Of a stretch of 34,336 nucleotides of DNA, positions 12,701 to 26,179 are shown in pieces. Both the position numbers and the translations under genes were made by a program. The notes under the pieces were generated by a model. That model made no database searches. It worked only from the letters and a program-made list of their open reading frames with translations, and had not been told where the DNA came from. The stretch comes from Jimgerdemannia flammicorona. Lineage: Eukaryota. Position 1 is the first letter of the stretch, and each line of letters opens with the position of its first letter. The stretch is taken from NCBI GenBank assembly GCA_003990765.1, contig RBNJ01000277.1, positions 1 to 34,336 on the forward strand. Reading direction: 5' to 3'.

Positions 12701-15601
12701 GAATTGAGCTACCAATGTCCAGGCCCATCCACACTTTCCCCAAAATGCTCCTGTTCTAAAAGCTCCCAATAATCTGACCATGGACACCATTCCACCTTCA
12801 GTGACTTCCAAACATCCAAGCCCCAGTAGCTGGCTGTCAGAATCCAGTCGATTCTCATCCCCAGGCCCTCTGTCCAATGTGTGTATACCCTCCTATCCCC
12901 CCAGCACTCCCTACCCACATCTACCAGAGCACTCAGCCTTTCCACTTCCTCCCATGCTGCTAGCCCTCCACTCTGACCCTCAGCTCCCCATCCTCTATCT
13001 GTTCTATCTATCAGTACATCCCAGACTATATTGAAGTCTCCACCAAGCATATCCACCCCAGCCTCTACAAGGATCCCACTCTCCTGGAGACCCTTCACCC
13101 AATCCATATGCTCACTCTATACAGCAGGGCAGTAACAGAAGTCCACTGTGACTGGCTTTCAACTGGTATATATTCACTCTCTCCAGGCCAGTCTATCCCC
13201 CCAGCTCCTCATTTCCCTTATCTCCCCTCTGTCTTTCTGTACCAGAATCCCAATGTTGCTCTTCCAAACTGCCTCACCTCTCCATTCTTTCATCCATTTC
13301 AGCCTATCCAAATCATCCTCACACCTGACATTTTGCAAGAGAAAGAGATTGGCCTCCAATCCCTTCAGCCAAGTAAAAATGTTCCTAAATCGATAAGCAC
13401 TCCATAACCCATTCATCTTCAAAGAAAAAATGTTGGTTGTACTATTCATAATGAAATATGGTGTGTTATCAAGTCCTTCTCTACTGCTCCATGTTCATCT
13501 TCTCCTGCACCATGTCCAGATTATGTTCCACAATCACCTCCTCCTCTTCAGCCCTCTGAGCCTCCAATCCAGCCAGCAGCTCATTTATCTCCCCATTCAC
13601 CTTCTCCTTGAATTCCTCCTGGTACTCCAGGCAGGCTTTCTGCCAGAGCTGCAATCCATGATACTTGGTCCAGCAATATTCAGCCCTCTCCCCAGCGACT
13701 CTCATCAGCTCCACCTCTCACTCCTTATCCACCTCATAACCTTCCTCCTCCAGATATACTGCAAGAATTTCTGCCTTCAAGGCCATTACCACTCCATCTC
13801 CCTGCAGGATTCACACTCAATGCTCATTGCTCATTACTCTCAAATCCATCTCTCCCAGCTCTTTAGCCACCAGATTATTCATCATCCTGTATATCCAAAG
13901 TAGATTCCCCACCTCCTTCCCTCCAGGAGTCACTGGCCTCCCTCTATCCAGTATTGTGGTGTCAGCCCCAGTACTTGCAGACTCATCCCACTTCTCTGGG
14001 ACATCTACCAGTTTCTCCTCTCTGGCTGCTGCCACTTGTCCACCATTTGCTACCTCCAGAACTCCAAATTGCACTTGCTGGGCCCCCTGCATTAGCACAT
14101 CCTCCACCACCCTACTTTAGAAAGCTAGACCTTATCTGATGAGAGAAGTAGGGGTAGGAGAACCCTCCCCTGTCTCCTCCCAAACCTCAAGCATACCATC
14201 AGCATATGGATCATTGCCAGTTACCTCCCTGTTCTTGCCTGTCTCCTTCCCAGTACTCCCTCCACCCTTGCCTGCCCAGACACTTGCTTTAGTACCCCCT
14301 GTACACACCATTCTGCTCACATCCTTTAGAGATCTGCCTTCCATCTTAGCCAGCAGTTTCTTCTGTCTCTTACATCTCTGATCTCTTTCCCACTACTTCT
14401 TGTCCACTCAAATCCACTTCCCATCCACCACTTCCAAGTATATTTACTCCTCAAAAGCCTTTCAAGCCTTCACCTGCTGCTCCACAGCACCACTCAGCTC
14501 TTCCAGAGCTCTCAATAAGTCCTCTTCCTCCTCCTCACTCCCCTTTACCCTCATTACCTTACACAAGATCACCCCCCAGACCATCTCCAAAGGCCAGTCT
14601 CTTGTCTTCCCAGTAGCTTCTTTTCCTACCAGCTAAATCCTCACATCCATGTCTCTAGTCCTGAGTGAGGTCCCTTTCCAGACTCTGAATCCAATATCCA
14701 CTATCTCACTATACTCTGCCATGACCTCCTCAACTCTCCTTCTCATCTTCACTACTATCACCATGGGCACTCTTTTTACCAGCAGTTGGACCACTCTGGG
14801 ATCCCATTTCAGACAACATGCCATCAGAACACACACCTCCCTAACTATCAATCTAACCTTCAGCACTTCCTCCAAAGGCTCAGCCTCCTCAAAGCCCACC
14901 TCCACTCTCTCCAATCCCTCCAGAAACTTTATAAAAGCTGCTCCAGCCATCTGCTTAGTGATAAGCCCCAGCACTATTTTTGCCATCACTACTAGGCCCT
15001 GGAAGCACAATGTCACTACAAACACTGAGATCAATTTTTTGAGTAAAAAAGCCACTACCAGGCCCATCACACCATCTACCAAATCTTCTCACCTTCCAAG
15101 CCCCAGCCACTCAGCTGTGTCATCAGCAGTTATATCTGGATTTTTTTCCAGATTGGCAGTCCCATCACCATTAGTCATCATGCTCCCCCCAGCCACTACA
15201 CCTCTAGCACCACTGCCCCCCCTGCCAAGGGCTACTCTCCTATATACTGCTGCCTTCTCCATCTCCTTGTCATTTCTCAGCTAACCCTCTAGCCCCAACA
15301 CCTACTGTCTCCCCTTTACCATCTCTGCAAAGCTTGCCCTTCCAGACCCCTGTCCTCCACTACTGCCTCCTCCCCTTCCACATCCTCCCATCAGCAGCCC
15401 CCTCATACCCCCCCCCCAGGCCAGAGCCTCTCCCCACCTACTGTCAGTTGAATGCACTCAGACCACTCTGCCCAGTATGTACCTCAGATTGCCTATCAGT
15501 CGCCATGTTACTAGTCTCTTTTCTCCAAAAATGATATTGTAAATACTTTTCCAAAGGTTGTGTAACCTGAGTGGTACTAGAGAAAGATCATTCATCAAAA
15601 T
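9705..15601 (-). mobile_element. LINE-B: full-length (~5.9 kb) L1/Tx1-like element inserted in the Gypsy-B gag frame
   Basis: Poly(A) tail with (TA)n at 9705-9727 and AATAAA at 9749-9754. ORF2 from ATG ~13449 (NIFSLKMNGL, MLGGDFN, MRIDW, GMPQGDPLS, GAFADD). ORF1 from ATG 15506. TSD cctattgactctcta at 9690-9704 and 15603-15617. Confidence 0.95.
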
Positions 15602-17146
15602 GCCTATTGACTCTCTACCACCAGCTAGTACAGAATAGAAAAATCAAGGAATAGTTCCTTCAAGAAAACCCAGATCTATTTCACCCTGTCTGAGATCTTT
15701 TACACCATCTTCAGAATACCCAAGTATCCTGAACTCCAGCAATAACTCAGAAAGTAAATCAGAATCAGTACTAGAAATAGAATTAGAATTGAAATCAGAT
15801 TTAGTATCAGGATCAGAATCAGAACTAGAACCAGAAGACAGTGATAACAAAATAGCCATCCTATTGCCAACCTTTGCAGAATATCTTGAAAAAGACCCAA
15901 GAGAATTCCTTGATGGAATAGAAAGAATCACAGCTCTGAAAAACCTTACCTCTGAAAGAAAAATTGCCCTCTATAAGACTCAACTCAGAAAATCAGAAAA
16001 GGAATTTTTATCTGAGCAAGCAATGATCCAAACTCAGACCTTGGAGCAGCCATTATAGTAGCAACAACATGGCTAACAGAATACCAAGCCATGACCTATT
16101 GGCTCATTAAGAAGTATACAGAAAACAAGACCCACCATAGGGCTCAAGAATCTATCATGAGAATGAAGATGAATCTTAGAGAATTATCCAGAGAATTCTT
16201 TACAAGAATTCAGAAGAGAATGCATACAGCTGGGTTCAATGCTACCAACTAAGATATCATAGGTCCAATGACCTTTATGAATGGAATTCTGCCAAACATT
16301 ACTCAGCATATCTATACCCTAGGCATCAGATGACCTAAAGAAAAAGTAGATACAGTCTAAGGATTTTTTGATATCAGATAAGGAACTACCTGGAGTGACT
16401 ATGACAAGAAGAATAACAAAGAAGACATCCTGATTAAAGCCCTACAAGGACTCCTTCATAGACAGGAAAGATCAGAAGAAAGAAGACCAGCTATAGAAAT
16501 AAAGAAGGATAGGAACAAAATTAAAGACCTCAGTTCCAAGTTGGACCAATTGGTTGGACAGATTGAAAAACTGACCATATGTGAAAATTAGAGTTATCAA
16601 CAAGACAACAGAGAATATCCACTACTGAGGAATCAAGGTTATCCACTCAGAGATAATCGAAACTACCAGCAAGAAGAAAGAAGATACTCTGTCTGAGATA
16701 GAGTCTAAGTTCAATGCTTCTACTATAGACAATTTGGACATTATGCTACTGAATGTAATAATAGAAGAAGTGACCAAAGAGACTCAGAACCACCAAACTC
16801 AAGGAATGAAACTCAGTACAAGAAGACTGAAGTACATTCTGTTGAATACTTTGAAGAAGAAAGCAATAGTAAAGACTACAGTAACCTAGACTTGTACTCA
16901 GCTAAAGCTATTATCCAAAAGACAGTTTACCTAGTAGAGAAGAGAAAGAGACCCATAGAAAGACTGTCCAGAAATACTAGTAAAAGAATCTAAGAAGATG
17001 AAGAACATAAAGAGAAATAAGTAGAAATACCTCCTAGGTCTCTCTTACCTTTTGTCTCCAAAACAAATGAACTGCCCCCAGAGGATGAAGAAATAGAGCA
17101 AGAAGAATGGAAACATGCTGTCTCAAAGCCCAAGAAGAAGTATACT
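15602..17146 (+). pseudogene. Gypsy-B gag (capsid-like region plus CCHC zinc knuckle), disrupted
   Basis: LLPTFAEYLEKDPREFLD (gag N-terminal LPxF..DPxxF motif); knuckle C-F-Y-Y-R-Q-F-G-H-Y-A-T-E-C at 16715-16756 (second Cys read as TAT, probably from TGT). Confidence 0.85.
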
Positions 17147-19948
17147 CTGAAGACCATACCCAGAGACACCTACAATGAAGCCTGGCAGAAGATTTAAGAA
17201 GCTAAAATGGAAGTCTCTCTCTTGTAGTTCCTGCAACTGATAACAGCTGTAGTCAGAAATAAATTGCTGAGGACCACCAGATCTAGCACTGGCTTAGTCT
17301 CAATTCTACAACAAGAACCAGCTCCCATCCTATACAATCTACAGAGAGACATATCAGCATCTATCTCCATGGAGTTATTGGAGAACAAAAGGCGAAAATC
17401 ATTATAGATATAGGAGCAGCTGTCTGTGTTATTGCCAAATGATTCCTGGATATCCTCCAATAGCCCATTGATGGACTATCCAACCTCAGCTTCATAGTAG
17501 CAGATGGAGCCTGAACTCAACCTCTTAGAGAAGTACAAAACATTACCATCTCTCTTGGACATATTTAGTTCTCTATCCTGAAAGCTGTTGTCACCAAAGC
17601 TGTCACCTATGACATGATTCTTGACACCAATTAGATGAAGGAAATGAATGCAGTTATTGATATTGATCAACAAGTACTCAAGTTTGACTATTGAGACAAG
17701 AAGTACAGAGTTAAGATGACTAGCTATAAGCAATCAAAGAAGAAGAAGAAAGTCACTATATAGGAGAAATATGCCAGCAGTGAAGAATCTACTACAGAAG
17801 AGGAAGAAGAATATGAAAATAGAAATAATCCCAGGCTCAATTCCTGAATCAACCTAGTAGATGATAGACCAGAAGATAATGTGTGGGTTAGGAACACTGT
17901 CCCCATCACTATTGGAGACATTGCAGGAAAAATCAAAGAATGCCCAATCTGTCTCAAAAGACACAAGTGTCTCAAGCACTCCTCCATGATCATTGGGACA
18001 AGAAATTCGCCTGGTACAACCTGCCCTGAGTATAGAAGAAAGGAGAAGAAATACAGATATATTCCAGAGATACCTGTAGCTGAAACTGCAGAAGTACAAG
18101 CAATTTGGGGTTGAGAATCATCTGAGGAGAAAGAAACTTCTAAATAGAAGGTTCCTGAACAAGAAGTACCTAATGAAGAAGAGATCCATGAACTCATTCT
18201 CTGAGATAATTCTCACTAGACACTACCTAAAGATAATAATCCCTGGAATATTAAAAAAGAACCCAGCACAATTCTCATTATTCTCAAGTAAGAAACACAA
18301 CAAGAAAGAGCCTTTTAGCTAGGAAGATGTCTACATCAAATGGCCTTCCACTCTTCCCAAGACTACTGCTATCAGTGCCATCTATTGGATCAATAATAAA
18401 GATAGAGAACCTAAAGATTAGAACTCCCAACTACAGTTGTACAGTCAACCACCTTTCAGAAGGTCACCACAAAGTTGTAAAGCTGATTTAGAGAACAAGG
18501 TCTCTTTATCTGAACAGAAGTATATCCCTTGGCCACCCTTCTACCAACTTATGACTAAGATGGATACTGATTCCCAAGACAATAAGTGATCAATAACTAA
18601 GAATAGCATTTTTGAGCAATGGGATATTGCAACTATAGAAGACACCCAGACTGCCAAGACTGCAGACTTCAGAAGATTCACCTTAGCCAGGATGTTACAA
18701 TCCATATTTTGAAGAGAGGAGATAACAGAGGTCAGATCCAAAAAAAGCCAGACCAAGATACTAGGAATTAGAACTCTCAAGATCTATAATTTGGAAGAAG
18801 ACATCTCAGCTCTCATCAGACATACAATCTGTCAAGAATGGGTAGAAGATGCCACCAACTTCATGGAAGCCCTAGACCCTATAGAAAAAAGGGAATTAAT
18901 TATCTCTGAGATCCCTCTACTGAAGCCAGATGGCTGCACCTCAACCTCAGAGCTTGAAGACTTTCTGCCACTGGAGCTTCAGCCCAAGGATAGTCCAAAC
19001 TCAGTAAAGATATTGCCTAGTGTATCCTGCTACATTCCAAGGCCAAACCTCCAACCAAAGCTCATCAAGACGATATAGGATATGATCTCTACAGTCTGGA
19101 GGATGAATCCATCAAATCTGGAAGAACACTGATATTCAGAACCAGACTAGCCATACAGCCACCCCAAGAAACTTACATCCAACTGATCTCAAGGTCTGGA
19201 CTTTCCAGACAAGGAATAACTGTAGAAGGAGGAACCATAGACCCAGAATATACAGGAAAAATTAAGGTCATTCTGTACAATAGTAATATAGAATGGTACC
19301 AAATTATTTAAGAATAGAAGATTGTCCAAGTAGTCTTCATAAAAGTCAAGACCCCACAATTCCAAGAAGTCTCCAAACTGACTGAAGGAGTAAGACAAGC
19401 TGAAGGATTTGGAAGCTCCGATAAGAAGGAAGTATATCTCCTTCAGATCAATTATCTCAAAAAGAATGTCCCTCATTAAGTATACTGTCAATCAGTCAAA
19501 CTGTTCAAGAATCTCATCCTGGAGCCTAGAGACCAAACCACCTTCGAAATCTTTGCACCAGGAATCTCTTCTTTGAACCCAATGAAGATATCCTAAGTCT
19601 AGATATTAAAGGATATACATTCCCGACAAGATGAATCAAGTTCACTCCTGAGCAACCAACCAAAGCTGGGAAAGCATTATCTTGCCAAAAGGAACCATCA
19701 TAGGATATCTAGTGCCCTTCCTTAACTGAATCCACAGAGAAGTCTATGAGCTAAACCTATCAAGAAATGGCAAAAGATTTCAGAAGAAAAGAAAAACCCC
19801 TCAGTAACCCAAGAGACAGTAAAGCCTTTCACCATTATTATACTGGAGAGGAATTAATACCTCAGCAACAGCAACAACTAGAAGAACTTCTCAATAAATA
19901 TATATTAAGATATCTTTACTACTGATTATGATAACCTGCTATACAACC
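17147..19948 (+). pseudogene. Gypsy-B pol copy 1: protease - unknown Cys/His region - dUTPase - RT N-terminal linker
   Basis: IIIDIGAAVCVI at 17398-17433 (copy 2 reads ILIETGAA; consensus DTG). Linker N..WESIILPKGTIIG and QQQQQLEELLNKY, then cut by LINE-C. Confidence 0.88.
19024..19422 (+). pseudogene. dut: Trimeric dUTPase domain in Gypsy-B pol, copy 1 (2 in-frame stops)
   Basis: Manual translation: ILLHSKAKPPTKAHQDDIGYDLYS...LISRSGLSRQGITVEGGTIDPEYTGKIKVILYN...II*E*KIVQVVF...VRQAEGFGSSD; all five dUTPase motifs in order. Confidence 0.95.
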
Positions 19949-22026
19949 TTTTTTTTTTTTTTTTTTTTAAAAGTTACTTGGACTTCTTTCTTTATTAATA
20001 CCCATCTATCTCATATAAATACATTGAGCCCACCCCTCATTTAATCCCCCTTGGGGGGCCCCCCTCCCCCACCCCTACTTGATGAAAGGCCACTTTATCT
20101 AACACTATCTCTACTTGCCCACTACTCTGTTCACAGATCCTTTCCACCAGACTGTAATGTTGCCAACTCTGGAGACTCTAATCCACCCACCACCCAGTCA
20201 GCAGATCCCCCATCAACCTCTCACACCTTAACAACTTCTCCTGTAAACCCATCTGTTATCTCTCCTCAAAAACAAAAAGCCAATATCCTGTCAGTCCCAC
20301 TCACACTGCCAAAACCCACTCTACAGTGAGCCAACTATTGTTCACACCACTCACTAGCTGAAATTTCAAATCCTCCCAGTGGCCTCTCACACTATCCAGC
20401 CTTCTCTCCACACCCAGCCTATTCTCTACTTCTATCCAAAAGTCCCCCAAAACCTCACACTCTCCCAGCCAATGTTCTGGCATCTGTACAAATCCCCCAA
20501 CTTGTCCTATATTATAACACTCCTCACAATCTAATTGGCCACCTTCTACCAGATGCCCTGCATGGAAATTCAACATGACATTCCTCTGCAGCATTCTCCA
20601 CCATACCACCCAGAACTTGGGAGGAAGCCATGTATATACCTCAGTACTCTATGACCAGATACCTGCCCAGTCCCACTCCTCACCAATCCTTACTACCTGC
20701 TAGCCACTTGGCCAAAGATCCTGACCAAGACTCTGCTAACACTCCACTCTATCCCCAATATCAAACTCAGCAAGCAGAGCATCCCCCAGAAGTAGTCTGT
20801 CCCATTGCCACATATCTGGACCCCACATCACCTCCCCCTCATTACCTCACCAGCACAGGCCAATTCTGTATGCTCCATCTACCACCCCCCACCAAAAGCC
20901 CTTAAACCACAGCCATCAACTTCTATTCAGCCTCACCAAAGAGAGTAAATCTCCTGAGGACCCTCGAGGGGAGGATCTCATCTCCCACACCTTCTGCAAC
21001 AGTAGCACCCAACCCTCTCCCTGCAGTTCAACAGCTCTCTTCAACCACCAGGCTTGCAGGCAGTACAACCTCTTAGGGAAATCTACAAGACCTAGACCTC
21101 CCCTAACCACCAGTGTTGCAAGAGTTTCCCATCTGACCTGAGACCTCCTCCCTACCCAAATCCAATCTCTAGCCATCTTCATCAGCCTCTTTACCACCCA
21201 AGCTAGGAAGTCTAGATGATAGGCCATATACCATAGCTTGGGGAACCAATAGACATTCAGAATTGACACCTGCTCTGCCAGAGAGATATGGTGGCCCCCC
21301 CACCCTCTAAGGGCCTCTCCCCAAATACTCACCCTGCTTTCCCACCATACTTATGACAAGACAGATCCATATACAGAAAGGAAGTTGCCCAGATATTGCT
21401 CCACCTCACCAGTAGGGACAATTGTTCCAATGATGTCTCCACCCACTAGCTTATTTCCTAGCACTATTGTCTCACACTTATGCCAGTTGAGCTTCACCCC
21501 AGAGTGTGCCTCATACCATTCCACTGTCTCCTTAAGTGCCTCAACATCTATCACAGAACCAAGTCCAACTACTATGTCATCAGCAAAGGCTCCCACCTTC
21601 CACACTATACTATATATAGAGAACCCTGCCATCTTCTGGTGAATCCTATCCATTGAAGATTCTAATGAAAGGGCATAGAGAATAGGAGACAGTGGGTCTC
21701 CCTGAGGAACTCCTCTTCTAAGAAAAACACCAGATCTCAGTGACCATTACACATTAGTGCTGCCTGACTGCCCTCCAACAGATTCAATATAGAAGTCTGA
21801 AATTGTGGTGGGACACCAATTCCATCCAATACCTTGCTCAGCCAAACCCACCATACATAGTCATTGGCCTTCTTCTGGTCTAAAAAGACCAATCTACCAT
21901 CCAGTCCATAAGCCCAGGCCCCTTCAATGACACTATACACCTATGCAGTCCTATTCCTTATAAGCCTGCCTCCAACAAAGCCCCACTACTCCTCACTCAG
22001 TACCTGTTGGGCAACTTTCTATAGCC
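19949..22026 (-). mobile_element. LINE-C: 3' part of an L1/Tx1-like element closer to LINE-B, interrupted by LINE-D
   Basis: Poly(T) 19949-19968 on +, AATAAA at 19991-19996, CEEC...HWLGEC zinc finger, GAFADD, LVFLDQKKA. Confidence 0.93.
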
Positions 22027-25000
22027 TTTTTTTTTTTTTTTTTTTTTTATAGTCCCTTGGACTGCCCTTTATTACCGAAGTCTATAATGTAAACAATACA
22101 ATGTCACCCCTATCCTCAACCAATGCCCCGGGGGCCCAAACCTCCCCCCTCATCCTCTCCCTGCCCAAGCACCACCCAATTACCCACTATCCGAACCCTC
22201 CCACCACTCTTCTGGGCGATATGCTGCACCAGAACCCTGCAGTACCCCCCACCCATCCCCCAACCCCGCCACCAGCTATTCAAAATATCCAACATCAACC
22301 ATTCCCACCGGACCATCTTGTCACCAACCCCAACCTGGCGCCCTTCCTCAAATACATAAACCCAATGCCAGCCAGTCCAACCCACATAGCCAAAGCCCAA
22401 CTAAGGGTCAGCCATTCATCCCCAACTCCACCCACCAGTCGCTGGTGGAGCTCTCCCCATCTCTCCCCTTCCTCTCCCTCCCTGGCACCCAGCCCTACCC
22501 TGTCCATAATACCTCTCCAAAACTCCCCCAAAACCTTGCATTCACCAAGCCAATGTTCAGGTATTTGTATCACTCCTCCCTCCTGACCAACATTGAAACA
22601 ATTCTTGCACTTGAATACCCCACCATCCACCAAGTGTCCAGACCAATAGTTCAACATCATATTCCACCATAGGACCCACCATCACACCACCCAGAACTTG
22701 GGAGGCAGCTACTGCCACACCCATTTGCTCCAAAGCCAGAGTCCATTCCATTCCCACTCCTCTCCAATTCCAACTCTCTGCCAGGCTTCTGGCCACAGGT
22801 CCCCACCTAGGCCTCACAGACACTCCAGGCCCTCACCAAGCTGAAAGTCCTCCACCAGGACCCCACCCAATAGAAGCCTGTCCCACCACCACATCTGCAG
22901 TCCCCAAACCTCCTCAGCTTCATCACCTTGTCACCGAAGTCCAATCTTCTTAGCACCATCCACCACCCCCCACCAAAAGCCCATAAACCACATCTTCTTG
23001 CTCCCTTCCATGGCCACCATCACAAGCAGATCCCTGGAGCCACCACGTGGGGAGTACTGAACCTCCCACAACCTCTGCATGAGTGGCACCCACTCTCACC
23101 CCCTGAGCTTGCTTGCCCTTCGCAGCCACCAGGCTCTCAGACATAGAAGCTGCTTTGTAAAGTCCACTAGGCCCAGCCCACCTCTTTCCAAGAGCAGTGT
23201 GAGCACCTCCCAACCAACCTGGCTTCGCTGCCCTCCCCAGATCCATGACCTCGCCATCTTCAACAACTCCTTAACCACCCAGGTTGGGAAATCCAAATGA
23301 TATCCAACATACCACAGCTTTAGCATCCAGTACACATTCAACACCATCACCCTTCCGGCAAGAGACATATGCTGGCCTCCCCATCTCAGCAAGATATTAC
23401 CTCACTTCAGAAGTTTATGGTCTCACCATGCCTGGGGAAGAAGAGATCCAAACACCGAGAAGTAGATCCCCAAGTAGCACACTGGTTCACCCGCTGGTAC
23501 CACCATCCCAATAACATCACCACTAACAATGCCAGCACCCAGCACCAGCATCTTGCATTTGTGCCAGTTAAGTTTAGCACCAGAACCTCGCTCATACCAT
23601 TCCACAGTCCTCTGTAATTCTCCCACATCGCCCAAGGAGCCCAGCCCGACCACCATATCATCAGCAAAGCCCCCCACCTTCCAGTTCACCCCTAAAATGT
23701 CCAAGCCTCCAATCTTGCACTGAATTCTGTCCAGTAGTGGCTCCAGGGAAAGAGTATACAATATGGGTGACAAGGGGTCCCCCTGTGGTACCCCATGTCC
23801 CAGGGGAAAGGTCACCCCCTAGTGGCCATTGATGACCAATACTGCCTGACTGTCCTCCAAGAGGCTGATTAATGATCTTCAGACCCCTGGCGGGATGCCA
23901 ATCCACTTCAGCACTCCCTCTAGCCATATTCTCCATACTCTATCATAAGCCTTCTCTTAGTCCAGAAACACCAATCTGCCATCCACCCCTGTTGCCCAGG
24001 TACCTTCAATCACTCCATGAACCCAGGCTGTCCCATCATGAATTAACCGACCACCGACAAACCCACGTTGCTCAACACCAAGAATCTGCTGAGTGATGCC
24101 TTACAACCTAATCACTAAGATTTTCATCACCAATTTGTGGTCCATGTCAAGAAGCATAATTGGCTGCCAGTTCTTCCAGTCCTCTTGCCTACCCTTATTC
24201 TTAAAGAGCAAAGAGACCAGCCCCAAGTGCTGTCCCCCAATCCAGGCACCAGACCAAAGAACTCCATCACACATAGCAGTCATTTCCTCTAGCACCTCAC
24301 TCACCCCAGTCATCTTCTGCCAAAAATCCCAGAGAAGCCCATTCTCTCCTGGAGCTGTCCCCTTACTCATTGAGGCCACAACCCTGCAAATCTCCTCACC
24401 ACTCACCAGGTCCCCCAATGCCCCAAGTCCCATCGCAGGGTCCGGGTGCCAATCCCCCAGCTATCTTTCAATGTTCAGGGCATCCAATCCCCCATCCTCC
24501 TCACTCCAAAGATTCCTCCACCAGGTTCACAGTAGGTCCAGAATTGCTGGAGTCTCTACCACCAGCTCGCCATTCTCATCCAAAACTCCCTCTCACTGCT
24601 GCCTTGTTTGTCATACCTGTAACAACCATGACAAGAATCTGGTAGGCCTCTCCCCCTCCTCAAGCCCCTGCCACCGTAGGCAGGCCACCATTCCCTGCAA
24701 CTGCTCCTCCTCCTCCCTGTGGAGTACCCCTTTGAGCTCCTCCACCTCCTGCCAGATCCTCACAATATGCCAATCAGTTATGGCCCCATCCTCCAACACA
24801 CCTGCCCATCTCTCCATGAGTGCTGCCAGATGCCGCAAGGCCCACAGTATCTGCCACCTTTACTGGGCACACTTCCCTTTCCCTGCTTCCCTCTAATACT
24901 CCTGAGCCTTTGTCTTCAGCCTTCTCCAGCAGTCCCCAATCACCAATCCTTGTTTCCACCACCTGCTTATATTTCCAACCACCTCTGATTCCCATCTCTC

Positions 25001-26179
25001 TCACAACACCCTATCTTTCAACAGGGAAGAATTTAATCACCAATATCCAGGTCCATCCTCATTACTCCCAAATCTCCCCCCTCCAAGCAGTCCCCAGTGA
25101 TCAGACCATAGACACCATATGACTTCCAGCACTGACCAGACATCTGTTCCCCAACACTCTGCCATTAGAACCCAGTCAATCCTGGAGCCCAGTCCTGCTG
25201 CCTGATGGATCCACCGATCACCCCAAAAATGTCTTCCTGAGTCTACTAGAGAACATAACCTCTCCATCTCCAACCAGTCGCCCAACCCACTACTTTCACT
25301 CCGCATACCTCTCCCTCCATCAGTCCTGTCCAACTCCTTATCCCGTACCATGTTGAAGTCACCCCCCATACAGTCTAACCCAACTTCTCCCAACACACCA
25401 GCCTCTTTCAATCTGTAGATCCATTCCACCCTCTCCCCTCTCTCAGCTGGGCAGTAACAGGACCCAACCATCAGCAGGCCCCATCCAGGCCTCTTCCACA
25501 CTCCCCACACCACCTGAGACCCCCAATGTCCAATGTTCCCAATGTCCCCCATCCTTTTCTGAACAAGAATACACACTTTCTCCCTCCAAACTGCTGCACT
25601 CCCCCATTCCTTAGTCTAATCCTGTAAGTCCACATCTGCCTCATAATGAACATCCTGCAGTAAGAAGAGGTCTGCATCTAGTCCCTTAAGCCAACCAAAT
25701 ATATACTTCCTCCTAGCCGACCCCTGTAGCCCATTAACGTTCAATGAGAAAATCCTAGTTATACTGTTCATATTGAAGAAATGTTGCAATAGAGACTCCA
25801 ACCTATAATTCCATACTCATTCCATCTCCCGCCAGATCCAAGCACTGCTCAGCTTCCAATTCACCCTCTGCATTATCCTGAGCATCCAGTGCTCCCAAGA
25901 TTTCCTGACATTCCACCCTGTCCACTTTCTCCATATCAGCCCTGTAGTCCAAGCAGACAGTGCACCACTTCTCCAGTCCCTTCCTCGAATTCTACAAGAA
26001 AGTCGCTCTGTCACTCGCAATCCTCCTAAGTTCCTCCTCCCACTGATCATCAACCTGATACTCAACCGACTCTAGGAGGACTGCTAGGATCTCATTCCTC
26101 ATCTTCCTCAGCACCTCCTCCCCCTGTAGGATCTCCTCCCAATGCTTCTCCTCCAACACCCTGAAGTCCTCACCCCCCC
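22027..26179 (-). mobile_element. LINE-D: LINE-A family copy, lacking its 5' part (breaks inside ORF1)
   Basis: Poly(T) 22027-22048 and AATAAA at 22068-22073. ~22220-26177 is colinear with 1-3962. APE, RT (GVPQGDPLSP, GFADD) and CKNC...HWLGEC motifs. No TSD at the right junction. Confidence 0.95.

Noticed and set aside
18880..18900. Possible programmed frameshift (aaaaaaaggg) upstream of dUTPase copy 1
   Set aside because: Copy 2 is in frame across this site, so it is most likely a private indel in an A-run.
9690..22030. Sequence-specific LINE targeting as in Tx1 elements
   Set aside because: The three visible insertion sites (…ctctcta, …atacaacc, …ctatagcc) share no convincing consensus.
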